Below are positions 21,938-30,159 of a stretch of 64,000 nucleotides of DNA, piece by piece. Every line of letters begins with the position of its first letter. Position 1 is the stretch's first letter. The stretch covers positions 192,001-256,000 of the forward strand of contig CAWCNS010000016.1 in NCBI GenBank assembly GCA_963796965.1, in the 5' to 3' direction. The DNA comes from Calditrichia bacterium (GTDB lineage Bacteria; Calditrichota; Calditrichia; JAJRVZ01). The position numbers and the translations under genes are program-made. The notes under the pieces are model-generated. The model was not told the origin of the DNA. It saw nothing but the letters and a program-made list of their open reading frames with translations, and made no database searches.

Positions 21938-21964
21938 TACTCGGCATAATCGATATAAACTTGA
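21938..21964 (-). promoter_or_regulatory. Putative sigma28 promoter
   Basis: Minus strand TCAAGTTT-N11-GCCGAGTA, about 60 bp upstream of ATG 21874. Confidence 0.65.
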
Positions 21965-22034
21965 TCATTCCAATTGAAATCGGTGATATTTGCTTGATTT
22001 GATTCTATCTCAAATGCGATCAAATATGCAGAAG

Positions 22035-22074
22035 TGTCGAATATTCGTCAGTTTTAATGTCGAAAAATCAGTCA
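22035..22074. promoter_or_regulatory. Tandem putative enhancer (bEBP) boxes
   Basis: TGTCGAATATTCGTCA (14/16 palindromic) and TGTCGAAAAATCAGTCA, about 150-190 bp upstream of the predicted sigma54 start. Confidence 0.45.
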
Positions 22075-22194
22075 CATTTTTGCTAAAGTGGGTAAGGATT
22101 AGACACAAAAAAGTAAAAATAGAATTATATTTATGCCTACAAGACATTGTTAAATATAGGTTTAGGGCGCTATAAATGAAAAGGCATGGATTTT

Positions 22195-22211
22195 TTGGCA
22201 CAATAAATGCG
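22195..22211 (+). promoter_or_regulatory. Sigma54 promoter of the fliA-like gene
   Basis: TTGGCACAATAAATGCG: TGGCAC with GG-N10-GC spacing, 52 bp before the ATG. Confidence 0.7.
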
Positions 22212-22262
22212 AATATTCAAACTCGCCTATCAATTAAAACCCTTATGAGGAGGATATAGACC

Positions 22263-23021
22263 ATGTATAACACGAACGCAGATCAAGTTTGGCAAACATA
22301 CAAAGCAACGGGAAATCCAAAACTTCGCCAGGAACTTACCCTACGTTATCTCGGATTGGTCAAGTATGTTGTCAGGAAAATGATCAAGAACTATCCTCCA
22401 GCCATTGAAGAGCAAGATCTTTATCACATTGGTACCCTTGGACTGGTAGAAGCGTTGGACCGATTTAATCTGGAATATGGCATAAAATTCGAGACCTACG
22501 CAATTCCACGTATTAAGGGTTCTATAATTGATGAATTAAGGAAACTCGATTGGATACCTCGCTCATTACGTAATAAAACTAATATGTATAAAGAAAAAAC
22601 TGTCGAATTAGAACAGAAATTCAGCGGTGCTTATACGGATGCAGAAGTCTCAAACGGACTTGGTATTAACGAAGGTGATTTAAACACATGGAAAAGAGAT
22701 ATGAACAGCCTGAACATGCTATCACTTGACAGACCAATCGATGATGCCAATAGTCAAAATCTATATGATATGATAGAAGTCGATGAAGAAACATATGCCG
22801 ATAACACTATAGAAGAGGAAGAAATGAGGAAAGTATTATTAGAATCTGTAAAACAATTGCCAGAAAAAACACGGCTGGCCATTACGTTATACTATTACGA
22901 AAAACTCACCTTCAAAGAAATCGGTAAAATTCTGAATGTATCGGAATCCCGTATTTCCCAAATTCATTCTGAGACAATGACGAAACTGAAAAAGTCAATA
23001 ACAAAAATGATCTATGCTTAA
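22263..23021 (+). CDS. fliA: FliA/WhiG-family (sigma28) RNA polymerase sigma factor
   Basis: GIKFETYAIPRIKGSIIDELRKLDWIPRSLR and LYYYEKLTFKEIGKILNVSESRISQIH. Confidence 0.9.
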   Translation: MYNTNADQVWQTYKATGNPKLRQELTLRYLGLVKYVVRKMIKNYPPAIEEQDLYHIGTLGLVEALDRFNLEYGIKFETYAIPRIKGSIIDELRKLDWIPRSLRNKTNMYKEKTVELEQKFSGAYTDAEVSNGLGINEGDLNTWKRDMNSLNMLSLDRPIDDANSQNLYDMIEVDEETYADNTIEEEEMRKVLLESVKQLPEKTRLAITLYYYEKLTFKEIGKILNVSESRISQIHSETMTKLKKSITKMIYA

Positions 23022-23028
23022 TATAAAT

Positions 23029-23083
23029 TATAACCGTTAAAATCCAATTTTCATATATTGAGTATTGGATTTTAACGGTTATA
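23029..23083. repeat. Perfect 20-bp inverted repeat after fliA (stem-loop or terminator)
   Basis: TATAACCGTTAAAATCCAAT-N15-ATTGGATTTTAACGGTTATA. Confidence 0.8.
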
Positions 23084-23183
23084 CTCAGATTTATTCCTTC
23101 CTATCAAGCCTCGGCTTAAAATTATTTGCACTTAAATACTTAAATATCTTATATTAATACCACTTAAATTACTTTTTTCATAC

Positions 23184-23311
23184 CACGAAGACACCAAAAC
23201 ACAAGACTTTATTGTTTTCAAAATACAACTTATTAAAATCAATATTTCAAACTGATAGCAATAATAAATTATTAAGTCGGTGGTTTTAGGGTGCGATTTA
23301 ATGTATTGGTG
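23184..23311. repeat. Degenerate inverted octamer arrays
   Basis: CACGAAGA-CACCAAAA-CACAAGA ... TCGGTGGTTTTAGGGTG...TGTATTGGTG. Confidence 0.4.
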
Positions 23312-23347
23312 AGAAACCTTTCAATCAAATGAAGAATAATTAATATT

Positions 23348-24496
23348 ATGGCAGCCGAAAAAAATCAAAAAATTTTAATTGTTGAGGATAACCAGGAAAA
23401 TATAGATCTTCTGGTTTATTTTTTGCGGCCTCAGGGCTACGAACTGGTTACCGCCAAAGACGGTTTAAGTGCTTTGGAAAGAGTTGACGAGGGGCATCCG
23501 GATATTATTTTACTGGATATTATGCTTCCCAAGATGGATGGTTACGAGGTCTGCGAAAGATTAAAAAACAGACCAGATACAAAATTTATCCCAATTATCA
23601 TGTTGACTGCCTTGAAGGAATTGCAGGATAAGGTGAAAGCCTTAGAGGTAGGCGCTGATGATTTTCTTTCCAAACCCTTCGAAAATGTAGAATTACTTGC
23701 CCGGGTAAAATCTTTACTCCGTCTCAAACAATATCATGACGAGTTGCAATATAAAAATAAAGAATTAGCAGGAAAAAATGCTTCACTTTTGCGTATGGAT
23801 AAGTTCAAAGAGGATCTTATCAACCTGATCGTCCATGACATGAAGAATCCTTTATTCGTTATCCAGGGTAATCTCCAAATGATGTCAATGTCCATGCAAA
23901 ACCTCTCTGCTGAATTTCTAAAAAAGTATACCCAGCGTATTGAGCGAAGTAGCCAACAATTGCTAAGAATGGTTGTAAATCTCCTGGATATATCCAGGAT
24001 TGAAGAAGGAACTATTAAACTTAAAGAAGACAATGCCAGTCTCAATGATATTATAAAAGAAATCGCTTTACGTATCAGTGATTATCCTGAAAATGAACAA
24101 AAACAAATTGTAATCGATCTTGATTCTGATTTGCCGGAAATTAAAGCAGATAAGTCAATTATTGAGAGAGTTTTGGAGAATATTATTAATTTTTCTGTTA
24201 CAAATGTTGATGATGAAGGGAAAATCCTTATCTCCACTTCCACGCGCGGATCTGAACATGTACAATTTATAGCCCACGATAGCGGTACACAAATTCCTAA
24301 AAACTATCACGATAAAATTTTTGAAAAATTTTCCCAGGCAGAAATTAAAGATAGTGGATCCCGTGTTGACCGGGCCCTTGGGTTAACATTCTGTAAACTT
24401 GCAGTAGAGGCTCATAAGGGAAACATGTGGTTGGATCTCGAGAATAAGATCGGTAATAAATTCATAATTGAACTTCCTTTATCCATAAATAGCTAA
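23348..24496 (+). CDS. Hybrid response regulator-histidine kinase (REC-HisKA-HATPase)
   Basis: ILIVED, LLDIMLP, GADDFLSKPF, IVHDMKNPL, LGLTFCK. Confidence 0.9.
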   Translation: MAAEKNQKILIVEDNQENIDLLVYFLRPQGYELVTAKDGLSALERVDEGHPDIILLDIMLPKMDGYEVCERLKNRPDTKFIPIIMLTALKELQDKVKALEVGADDFLSKPFENVELLARVKSLLRLKQYHDELQYKNKELAGKNASLLRMDKFKEDLINLIVHDMKNPLFVIQGNLQMMSMSMQNLSAEFLKKYTQRIERSSQQLLRMVVNLLDISRIEEGTIKLKEDNASLNDIIKEIALRISDYPENEQKQIVIDLDSDLPEIKADKSIIERVLENIINFSVTNVDDEGKILISTSTRGSEHVQFIAHDSGTQIPKNYHDKIFEKFSQAEIKDSGSRVDRALGLTFCKLAVEAHKGNMWLDLENKIGNKFIIELPLSINS

Positions 24497-24866
24497 ATCA
24501 ATATATTACGCACTCCTTGAAATCTTCCAGACGCGATAAAATCGCGTGCTTATAATTATTTAATCTTCACTAATACGCCTGATGTCGTTATCATTTCAGA
24601 TTAGAATAATTTTCCTCAGCTACTCTTCATAATCATGATTTGTATTTGATAAGATCAAAAATGCTCGGTCAGTATTATAGTGAGACACAAATTTGAGTAT
24701 TTGTACTATGGGGTGAATTAGAACTTCGATCGATCTGGTATTTCACAGATTTTTCGCACTATCTAAGTCGCTACTATTTGAAAGAATTATTGTTTTTGAA
24801 ATTTTATACCTGGGAAAGAAAAGGAACAAATTTAATAATATTCGGTAAAAACATTTAATAGAATGT

Positions 24867-24893
24867 TAAAGTTTAATAAGCCAGCACCGATTA
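24867..24893 (+). promoter_or_regulatory. Putative sigma28 promoter
   Basis: TAAAGTTT-N11-ACCGATTA versus consensus TAAAGTTT-N11-GCCGATAA. Confidence 0.7.
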
Positions 24894-24931
24894 TAAAAAT
24901 GTAATCTTTGAATTTTAGTTGTATAAAAGAA

Positions 24932-25093
24932 ATGAAAAAAGATAAAATGATTAAAAATGAAACCCCAGATTCCTTCGAGGATCAGAAATTAGATTTAATC
25001 CGCTTAAGGATAAAAAATGGATATTATAAAAATCATCATATTTTGGAAAATGTTGTAAAGGAAATACTAAACAAAGAGATAAAACGAAAATAG
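24932..25093 (+). CDS. Small FlgM-like (anti-sigma28) protein, 53 aa
   Basis: EDQKLDLIRLRIKNGYY...ILENVVKEIL resembles the FlgM C-terminal sigma-binding pattern; sigma28 promoter immediately upstream; fliA 2 kb away. Confidence 0.55.
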   Translation: MKKDKMIKNETPDSFEDQKLDLIRLRIKNGYYKNHHILENVVKEILNKEIKRK

Positions 25094-25302
25094 ATTTTAA
25101 ATTTTACCGATTGATTATCTATCTGCAAAAACATTCTTAACCGCAGTAAAACTTAATATAACCCACTTTTTACTTGACTTTTAGACTACCATTTGGGAAA
25201 TTTACGCATTCCACAATTGAATTGCTTATTTATTCAAAGTTATCTAAATCATCTGAAATTAATTACAAAAACAATTCAAATTCACTTATAGGAGGATTCT
25301 TA

Positions 25303-25575
25303 ATGAGCAAGCAAGAACTAGTAAACTTTATCGCTGATCAGGCAGGTTTGTCAAAAAAAGATGCAGAGGCAGCCTTAGCAGGATTTGTTGATGGTGTAAA
25401 ATCATCTCTAAAAAAAGGTGACAGTGTTACTTTGGTTGGTTTTGGCACATTTTCCGTTAGTCACCGTGGTGCCCGCACAGGAAGAAATCCGCAGACCGGT
25501 GCAACGATTAATATACCTGCCCGTAAAGCGCCAGTATTTAAGGCTGGTAAAGCCCTTAAAGAAGCTGTAAACTAA
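25303..25575 (+). CDS. hup: DNA-binding protein HU
   Basis: MSKQELV...[24 protein letters not shown]...[21 protein letters not shown]. Confidence 0.96.
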   Translation: MSKQELVNFIADQAGLSKKDAEAALAGFVDGVKSSLKKGDSVTLVGFGTFSVSHRGARTGRNPQTGATINIPARKAPVFKAGKALKEAVN

Positions 25576-25577
25576 AT

Positions 25578-25604
25578 AAAAGGGCGGTATAACCGCCCTT
25601 TTTT
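25578..25604 (+). terminator. Rho-independent terminator after HU
   Basis: AAAAGGGCGGT-ata-ACCGCCCTTTTTT. Confidence 0.9.
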
Positions 25605-25628
25605 ATTTGACTTAACCCTACAAACCCC

Positions 25629-27167
25629 ATGCACAGACAACCCACCAGGAAGGTATCGGTTAGTAAGTATCTGTTAATTATTTTAATAACCTTTATTGTT
25701 TGTGTCTTTGGTTGTACTTCCACATCTAAAGTTGCTCCTCATTCAGTTAATATATCGAATTTAGATGCGCTTTCAGCAAAAATCACTTCTCTTATATCAG
25801 ATCCTCGTCTTTTCAATGCTCAGGTCGGCGTATATATTGAATCTGTTGACTATGGTGAAACTATTTATTCTCAAAATGAGCATAAATTATTTATATCTGC
25901 TTCAAATATGAAGATTTTTACAACGGCAACGGCATTACTCCGTTTCGGACCGGATTTTAGATATAAAACAGCGGTGTTTACTAATAGCACGATTAAAGGC
26001 GGTGTCTTGGAAGGCGATCTTATCGTTAGGGGGAAGGGAGATCCGACAATTGCACCAAGGTTTAGCGGTGGTGACCCGCTAACATTTTTTCGTTCCTGGG
26101 CAGATAGTTTAATTGATAAAGGAATTACTGTTATTAATGGTGATATCGTTGGGGATGAATCCTATTTTCAGACGGATCGGCTTGGATATGGTTGGCAATG
26201 GGATGATGAACCCTTTTGGTATTCTGCCCAAATTAGTGCATTATCTTTTAATGACAATTGTATTGATGTAACAGTGACGTCTAATAAAAATTCAGGGGAA
26301 CCCCCACTGGTAACTTTATCACCACCAACAAAATATTTCACTATTGAGAACCAGGCTTTAACGGTTGACCCGGATTCTACCCGCACATTATTTTTAACCC
26401 GTCCCCGGATGCAAAATGTACTACTTGTCCAGAACCATATTCCCCGGAATAAACCAAAATATTTAGAGTCAATTTCGGTTGATGATCCAGCAAGATACTT
26501 TGTCTTTGTGCTCAAGGAAGTGCTTGAGGAAAAGGGCATAGAAGTAAGGGGGACTATAAAAACTAACAGACAAAAAGGGTATTATCAATATGATCAATTG
26601 TCGCGTCTATTTACCCATCAGTCACCACCTATGACCGAGATAATAAAGGTTGTGAATAAACGAAGCCAAAATCTCTATGCTGAACAGCTTTTAATTACAC
26701 TCGCCGCTGAATACGGTACAGAGGCCACAGCAGATGAGGGGGTTCAGGTGGTAAACAGTACTCTTTCTGCTATGGGTATTTCAACCGGTGAATTTCTTAT
26801 GCATGATGGGTCAGGGCTTTCACGCGTTAATCTTATTTCTCCATACAGTGTTGGATTGCTTCTGCGTTATATGTCTAAAAGTGACTATTTCCCATATTTT
26901 CATGATTCACTCCCCATCGGTGGGGTAGATGGTTCTTTGCGTCGCAGAATGGTTGAAACCCCGGCACAGGGTCGGGTAAATGCCAAGACCGGCTATGTTG
27001 GACATGTACGCAATCTTTCAGGGTATGCCACGTCGCTTGATGAAGAAACCTTTATATTCTCAATTTTAGTAAATAACTATCTGATTCCGACCTCAGCTAT
27101 AAATCTTCTCCAGGATCGAATTTGTATTGTACTTGCAAATTTTAGCCGTTCCCAATCCGTTCGCTAA
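25629..27167 (+). CDS. dacB: D-Ala-D-Ala carboxypeptidase/endopeptidase (peptidase S13, PBP4), lipoprotein
   Basis: ASNMK (SxxK), GDPT, SQN (SxN), DGSGLSR, AKTG; lipobox-like VFGC. Confidence 0.9.
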   Translation: MHRQPTRKVSVSKYLLIILITFIVCVFGCTSTSKVAPHSVNISNLDALSAKITSLISDPRLFNAQVGVYIESVDYGETIYSQNEHKLFISASNMKIFTTATALLRFGPDFRYKTAVFTNSTIKGGVLEGDLIVRGKGDPTIAPRFSGGDPLTFFRSWADSLIDKGITVINGDIVGDESYFQTDRLGYGWQWDDEPFWYSAQISALSFNDNCIDVTVTSNKNSGEPPLVTLSPPTKYFTIENQALTVDPDSTRTLFLTRPRMQNVLLVQNHIPRNKPKYLESISVDDPARYFVFVLKEVLEEKGIEVRGTIKTNRQKGYYQYDQLSRLFTHQSPPMTEIIKVVNKRSQNLYAEQLLITLAAEYGTEATADEGVQVVNSTLSAMGISTGEFLMHDGSGLSRVNLISPYSVGLLLRYMSKSDYFPYFHDSLPIGGVDGSLRRRMVETPAQGRVNAKTGYVGHVRNLSGYATSLDEETFIFSILVNNYLIPTSAINLLQDRICIVLANFSRSQSVR

Positions 27168-27343
27168 TTTTCTTAAAACTTCTGATATTGCTATCAAACA
27201 TTTTCATTTTTTATAATCTTTATGTATTATTGTTTCATTAGCTGGTCAAAACCTCTTCATAAAGTGGTTTGCAGATAAACATTTCAGGCAACATATAAAG
27301 AGAATATCCGCTTATTATATTTTCCGTAAAAGGGGAGGCCAAA

Positions 27344-27706
27344 TTGGATCTTAAATCTGATTTCAGAGGTGACTTTTTAATCATAGAAGTAAATAAGAGA
27401 AGAGCTACACTTGATCTCGCACCTGAAATGAGAGAGAAAATCATTTCAGAGATTAATCACGGAAATGGAAAAATTATTGTTAATCTTAGCTATGTTGAAT
27501 TTATTGACAGTTCTTTCTTAGGGTCACTTGTTGCTGGAGTAAAATTGATTAAAGAAAAAGGTGGTAAAATTATCATTGTCGGTCTTCATCCCCATGTTCG
27601 AGTTACTTTCGCACTTACGCATATGGATAAAATTTTTCCGGTTTATATCACTGTTGAAGAGGCAATGCGTAATGAGAGTGAAAATTCCGGGTCATTACCG
27701 GGCTAG
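27344..27706 (+). CDS. STAS-domain anti-sigma factor antagonist
   Basis: IIVNLSYVEFIDSSFLGSLV motif. Confidence 0.85.
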   Translation: MDLKSDFRGDFLIIEVNKRRATLDLAPEMREKIISEINHGNGKIIVNLSYVEFIDSSFLGSLVAGVKLIKEKGGKIIIVGLHPHVRVTFALTHMDKIFPVYITVEEAMRNESENSGSLPG

Positions 27707-27768
27707 GACATTACATCATAACTTATCGTTAATAAAGCGCATACTTGCTATCAGAATTAATGGTTTCC

Positions 27769-28305
27769 ATGAAAAAGATCTATAACTTATCTCAAGGAAT
27801 AGTAGAATTAATTGAAGATGATCTCACCAACCTATCTGTTGATGCTATTGTGAATGCGGCTAATTCCCAGCTTGTGCTTGGTGGTGGTGTTGCCGGAGCA
27901 ATTAAACAAAAAGGAGGACCCTCGATCCAGAAGGAATGCGATCTAATTGGGGGAACCTTTGTTGGTGGGGCCGTCTTAACAAACGCGGGGAATTTACCCG
28001 CTCAGTATGTTATTCATGCTGTTGGGCCTAGAAGGGGAGAGGGAGAAGAAGACGACAAATTAAAAAACGCGACTTTAAACTCTCTAATAATTGCTTCAGA
28101 TGCTAAACTAAATATTATTGCTTTTCCCGCTTTAAGTACAGGTATTTTCGGATTTCCGGTTGATCGCTGTGCACGAATCATGATCAATACGGTCGTGGTC
28201 TATTTGCAAACTCATCTTATTCCCCAACGTGTAATATTTTGTTTATGGGGGAGAGAAAATTATGAAGTATTTAGAAAAATGATGGATAAAATAATCAAAA
28301 ACTGA
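27769..28305 (+). CDS. Macro domain protein (ADP-ribose binding/hydrolase)
   Basis: VDAIVNAAN..L..GGGVAGAI, VIHAVGP, FPALSTGIFGFP. Confidence 0.9.
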   Translation: MKKIYNLSQGIVELIEDDLTNLSVDAIVNAANSQLVLGGGVAGAIKQKGGPSIQKECDLIGGTFVGGAVLTNAGNLPAQYVIHAVGPRRGEGEEDDKLKNATLNSLIIASDAKLNIIAFPALSTGIFGFPVDRCARIMINTVVVYLQTHLIPQRVIFCLWGRENYEVFRKMMDKIIKN

Positions 28306-28319
28306 ATATGACGAGATGC

Positions 28320-29045
28320 TCAGATATTTAGTGATTTTTGAATATATGCTACATTATCTGTAATGACACCATTTACAGAATATTCCAGTACTTTTGTGAG
28401 TATTGGCTCTTCATTAACCGTCCAAACATATAACTCTTTATTGTACTTTTTTGCTTTTTTAACCAGACTATCATTGACAACTCTAAAATGGGGATGCCAG
28501 GCGTCAGTCCAGGTTATTAGATCATAGAAAGTGTGCATCCAGGTCATACGTTGGAATAGATAGCCAGTTTTGATATTTGGGTTAATAAGTTTTATAATCT
28601 GAAGAAGAAATGGATTGAAGCATGAGATCCATACTGAATCCATTAGATCGTGTTTTTTGATTGCATTTATGATTTTATGTGCAAATTTAAAATCAAAAAA
28701 GTGAATCGTTTTAGCATCGAGGTTTATCGGAACCCGTTTACCAAAATGTTCAAAAAAATCATCCAATGTTTCAATATATTGCGGGTTTCCTACTCCCAGA
28801 GATTGTTTGTATGGATAGGTTCTGAGCTGCTCATACGGTGTCCTACCCACGTAACCTTGCATCTCAAACATTCTTTTTAGGGAAAAATCGTGAAATACTA
28901 CAATCTCACCTGTGCTCGTTTGACGGATATCAATTTCGAGCGCATTTGCACCGGCCACAATGGCCTTTTCGCAGGCATCAATGGTATTTTCAATCCCTTT
29001 GGCGCGATCTCCCCTGTGAGCAACTATTAATGGTTGACTAGTCAC
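28320..29045 (-). CDS. Glycerophosphodiester phosphodiesterase
   Basis: IVAHRG...ENT, EIDI, VVFHD, VWTVN, GVITD. Confidence 0.9.
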   Translation of the reverse strand: MTSQPLIVAHRGDRAKGIENTIDACEKAIVAGANALEIDIRQTSTGEIVVFHDFSLKRMFEMQGYVGRTPYEQLRTYPYKQSLGVGNPQYIETLDDFFEHFGKRVPINLDAKTIHFFDFKFAHKIINAIKKHDLMDSVWISCFNPFLLQIIKLINPNIKTGYLFQRMTWMHTFYDLITWTDAWHPHFRVVNDSLVKKAKKYNKELYVWTVNEEPILTKVLEYSVNGVITDNVAYIQKSLNI

Positions 29046-30159
29046 TTAATATCTTTTCGTAATAATCAATATACTTAGGAACAATTATTTCAGGTGAGAA
29101 TTTGGAGGTGGCAATTTCCATACCCTGCTTACCCATCTCCTTTGCCAATTTATTGTCTGAGAAAATGACATCGATGGCTTCGGCAAAGCCTTCAATGTCA
29201 CCAATATTCACAGTAAAACCTGTCTTGCCATCAAGGTTAACTTCTGGCAGACCGCCGGCATTTGTGGAGACACATGGAGTACCACAGGCCAGCGCTTCAA
29301 GTGCTACAAGTCCAAAACTTTCCGATTCACTCGGTATTAGGGCAATGTCAGCGATAGATAATAATTCTGAGATATTTTCCTGTTTACCAAGAAAAATAAC
29401 TTTATCACATAAATTTTCATTTCTACATTGCTCTTCTGTTTTATATCGGTCAGGACCATCGCCAACCATCAACATTTTAACTCTATGCTTTTTACTAACT
29501 TTTTTAATTATTGGCACGATATCAGTAACCCGTTTGAGTGAGCGAAAATTTGAAATATGAATTAAAATCTTTTCATCATCGGAGGCAAATCGTTGACGGA
29601 TCTCTTTATTCGTCTTAATTGTGCCGAACTCGAATGGAACAAAATTTGGAATAACTTCAATTTCTTTTTTTGGATTTAAAACTTCAATTGTTTTATTCTT
29701 CAAAAATTCAGAAACTGCTGTAACACCTGAACTTTGTTCGATACTGAATTTTGTAATTTTAAAAAATGAGGGATCCCCGCCTAGTAAAGTTATATCAGTT
29801 CCATGAAGAGTTGTTACAAATCTGATGTTTTTATCTTCTAAAATTTGCCTGGCCAGATATGCACTCGTCGCATGGGGGATAGCATAATGAACATGCATGA
29901 TATCTAATTTTTGAAATTCAAATACTTCGGCCATCTTAGAAGCCAGGGCGAGGCTATAGGGTGGATATTCAAATAAAGGATAATGGATAACTTCAACTTC
30001 ATGAAAAAATATTTTTGAGGCAAAATTTGTCAGACGATAGGGAAGGGCATAAGAAACAAAATGAACCTCGTTGCCTCTCTCGGATAATCTTTTCCCAAGT
30101 TCAGTCGCAACTACACCACTTCCGCCATAAGTCGGATAACAGGTTATTCCAATTCTCAT
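29038..30159 (-). CDS. bshA: N-acetyl-alpha-D-glucosaminyl L-malate synthase (bacillithiol synthesis)
   Basis: MRIGITCYPTYGGSGVVATELG, HVHYAIPHA, TTLHGTDIT, HISNFR..KR, ESFGLVALEA. Confidence 0.93.
   Translation of the reverse strand: MRIGITCYPTYGGSGVVATELGKRLSERGNEVHFVSYALPYRLTNFASKIFFHEVEVIHYPLFEYPPYSLALASKMAEVFEFQKLDIMHVHYAIPHATSAYLARQILEDKNIRFVTTLHGTDITLLGGDPSFFKITKFSIEQSSGVTAVSEFLKNKTIEVLNPKKEIEVIPNFVPFEFGTIKTNKEIRQRFASDDEKILIHISNFRSLKRVTDIVPIIKKVSKKHRVKMLMVGDGPDRYKTEEQCRNENLCDKVIFLGKQENISELLSIADIALIPSESESFGLVALEALACGTPCVSTNAGGLPEVNLDGKTGFTVNIGDIEGFAEAIDVIFSDNKLAKEMGKQGMEIATSKFSPEIIVPKYIDYYEKILSD

Noticed and set aside
21990..22201. Short overlapping ORFs in the fliA upstream region
   Set aside because: No homology cues; the region is better explained as promoter and enhancer DNA
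25174..25302. N-terminal extension of HU given by the ORF track
   Set aside because: A strong SD (GGAGG) precedes ATG 25303, which gives a canonical 90-aa HU
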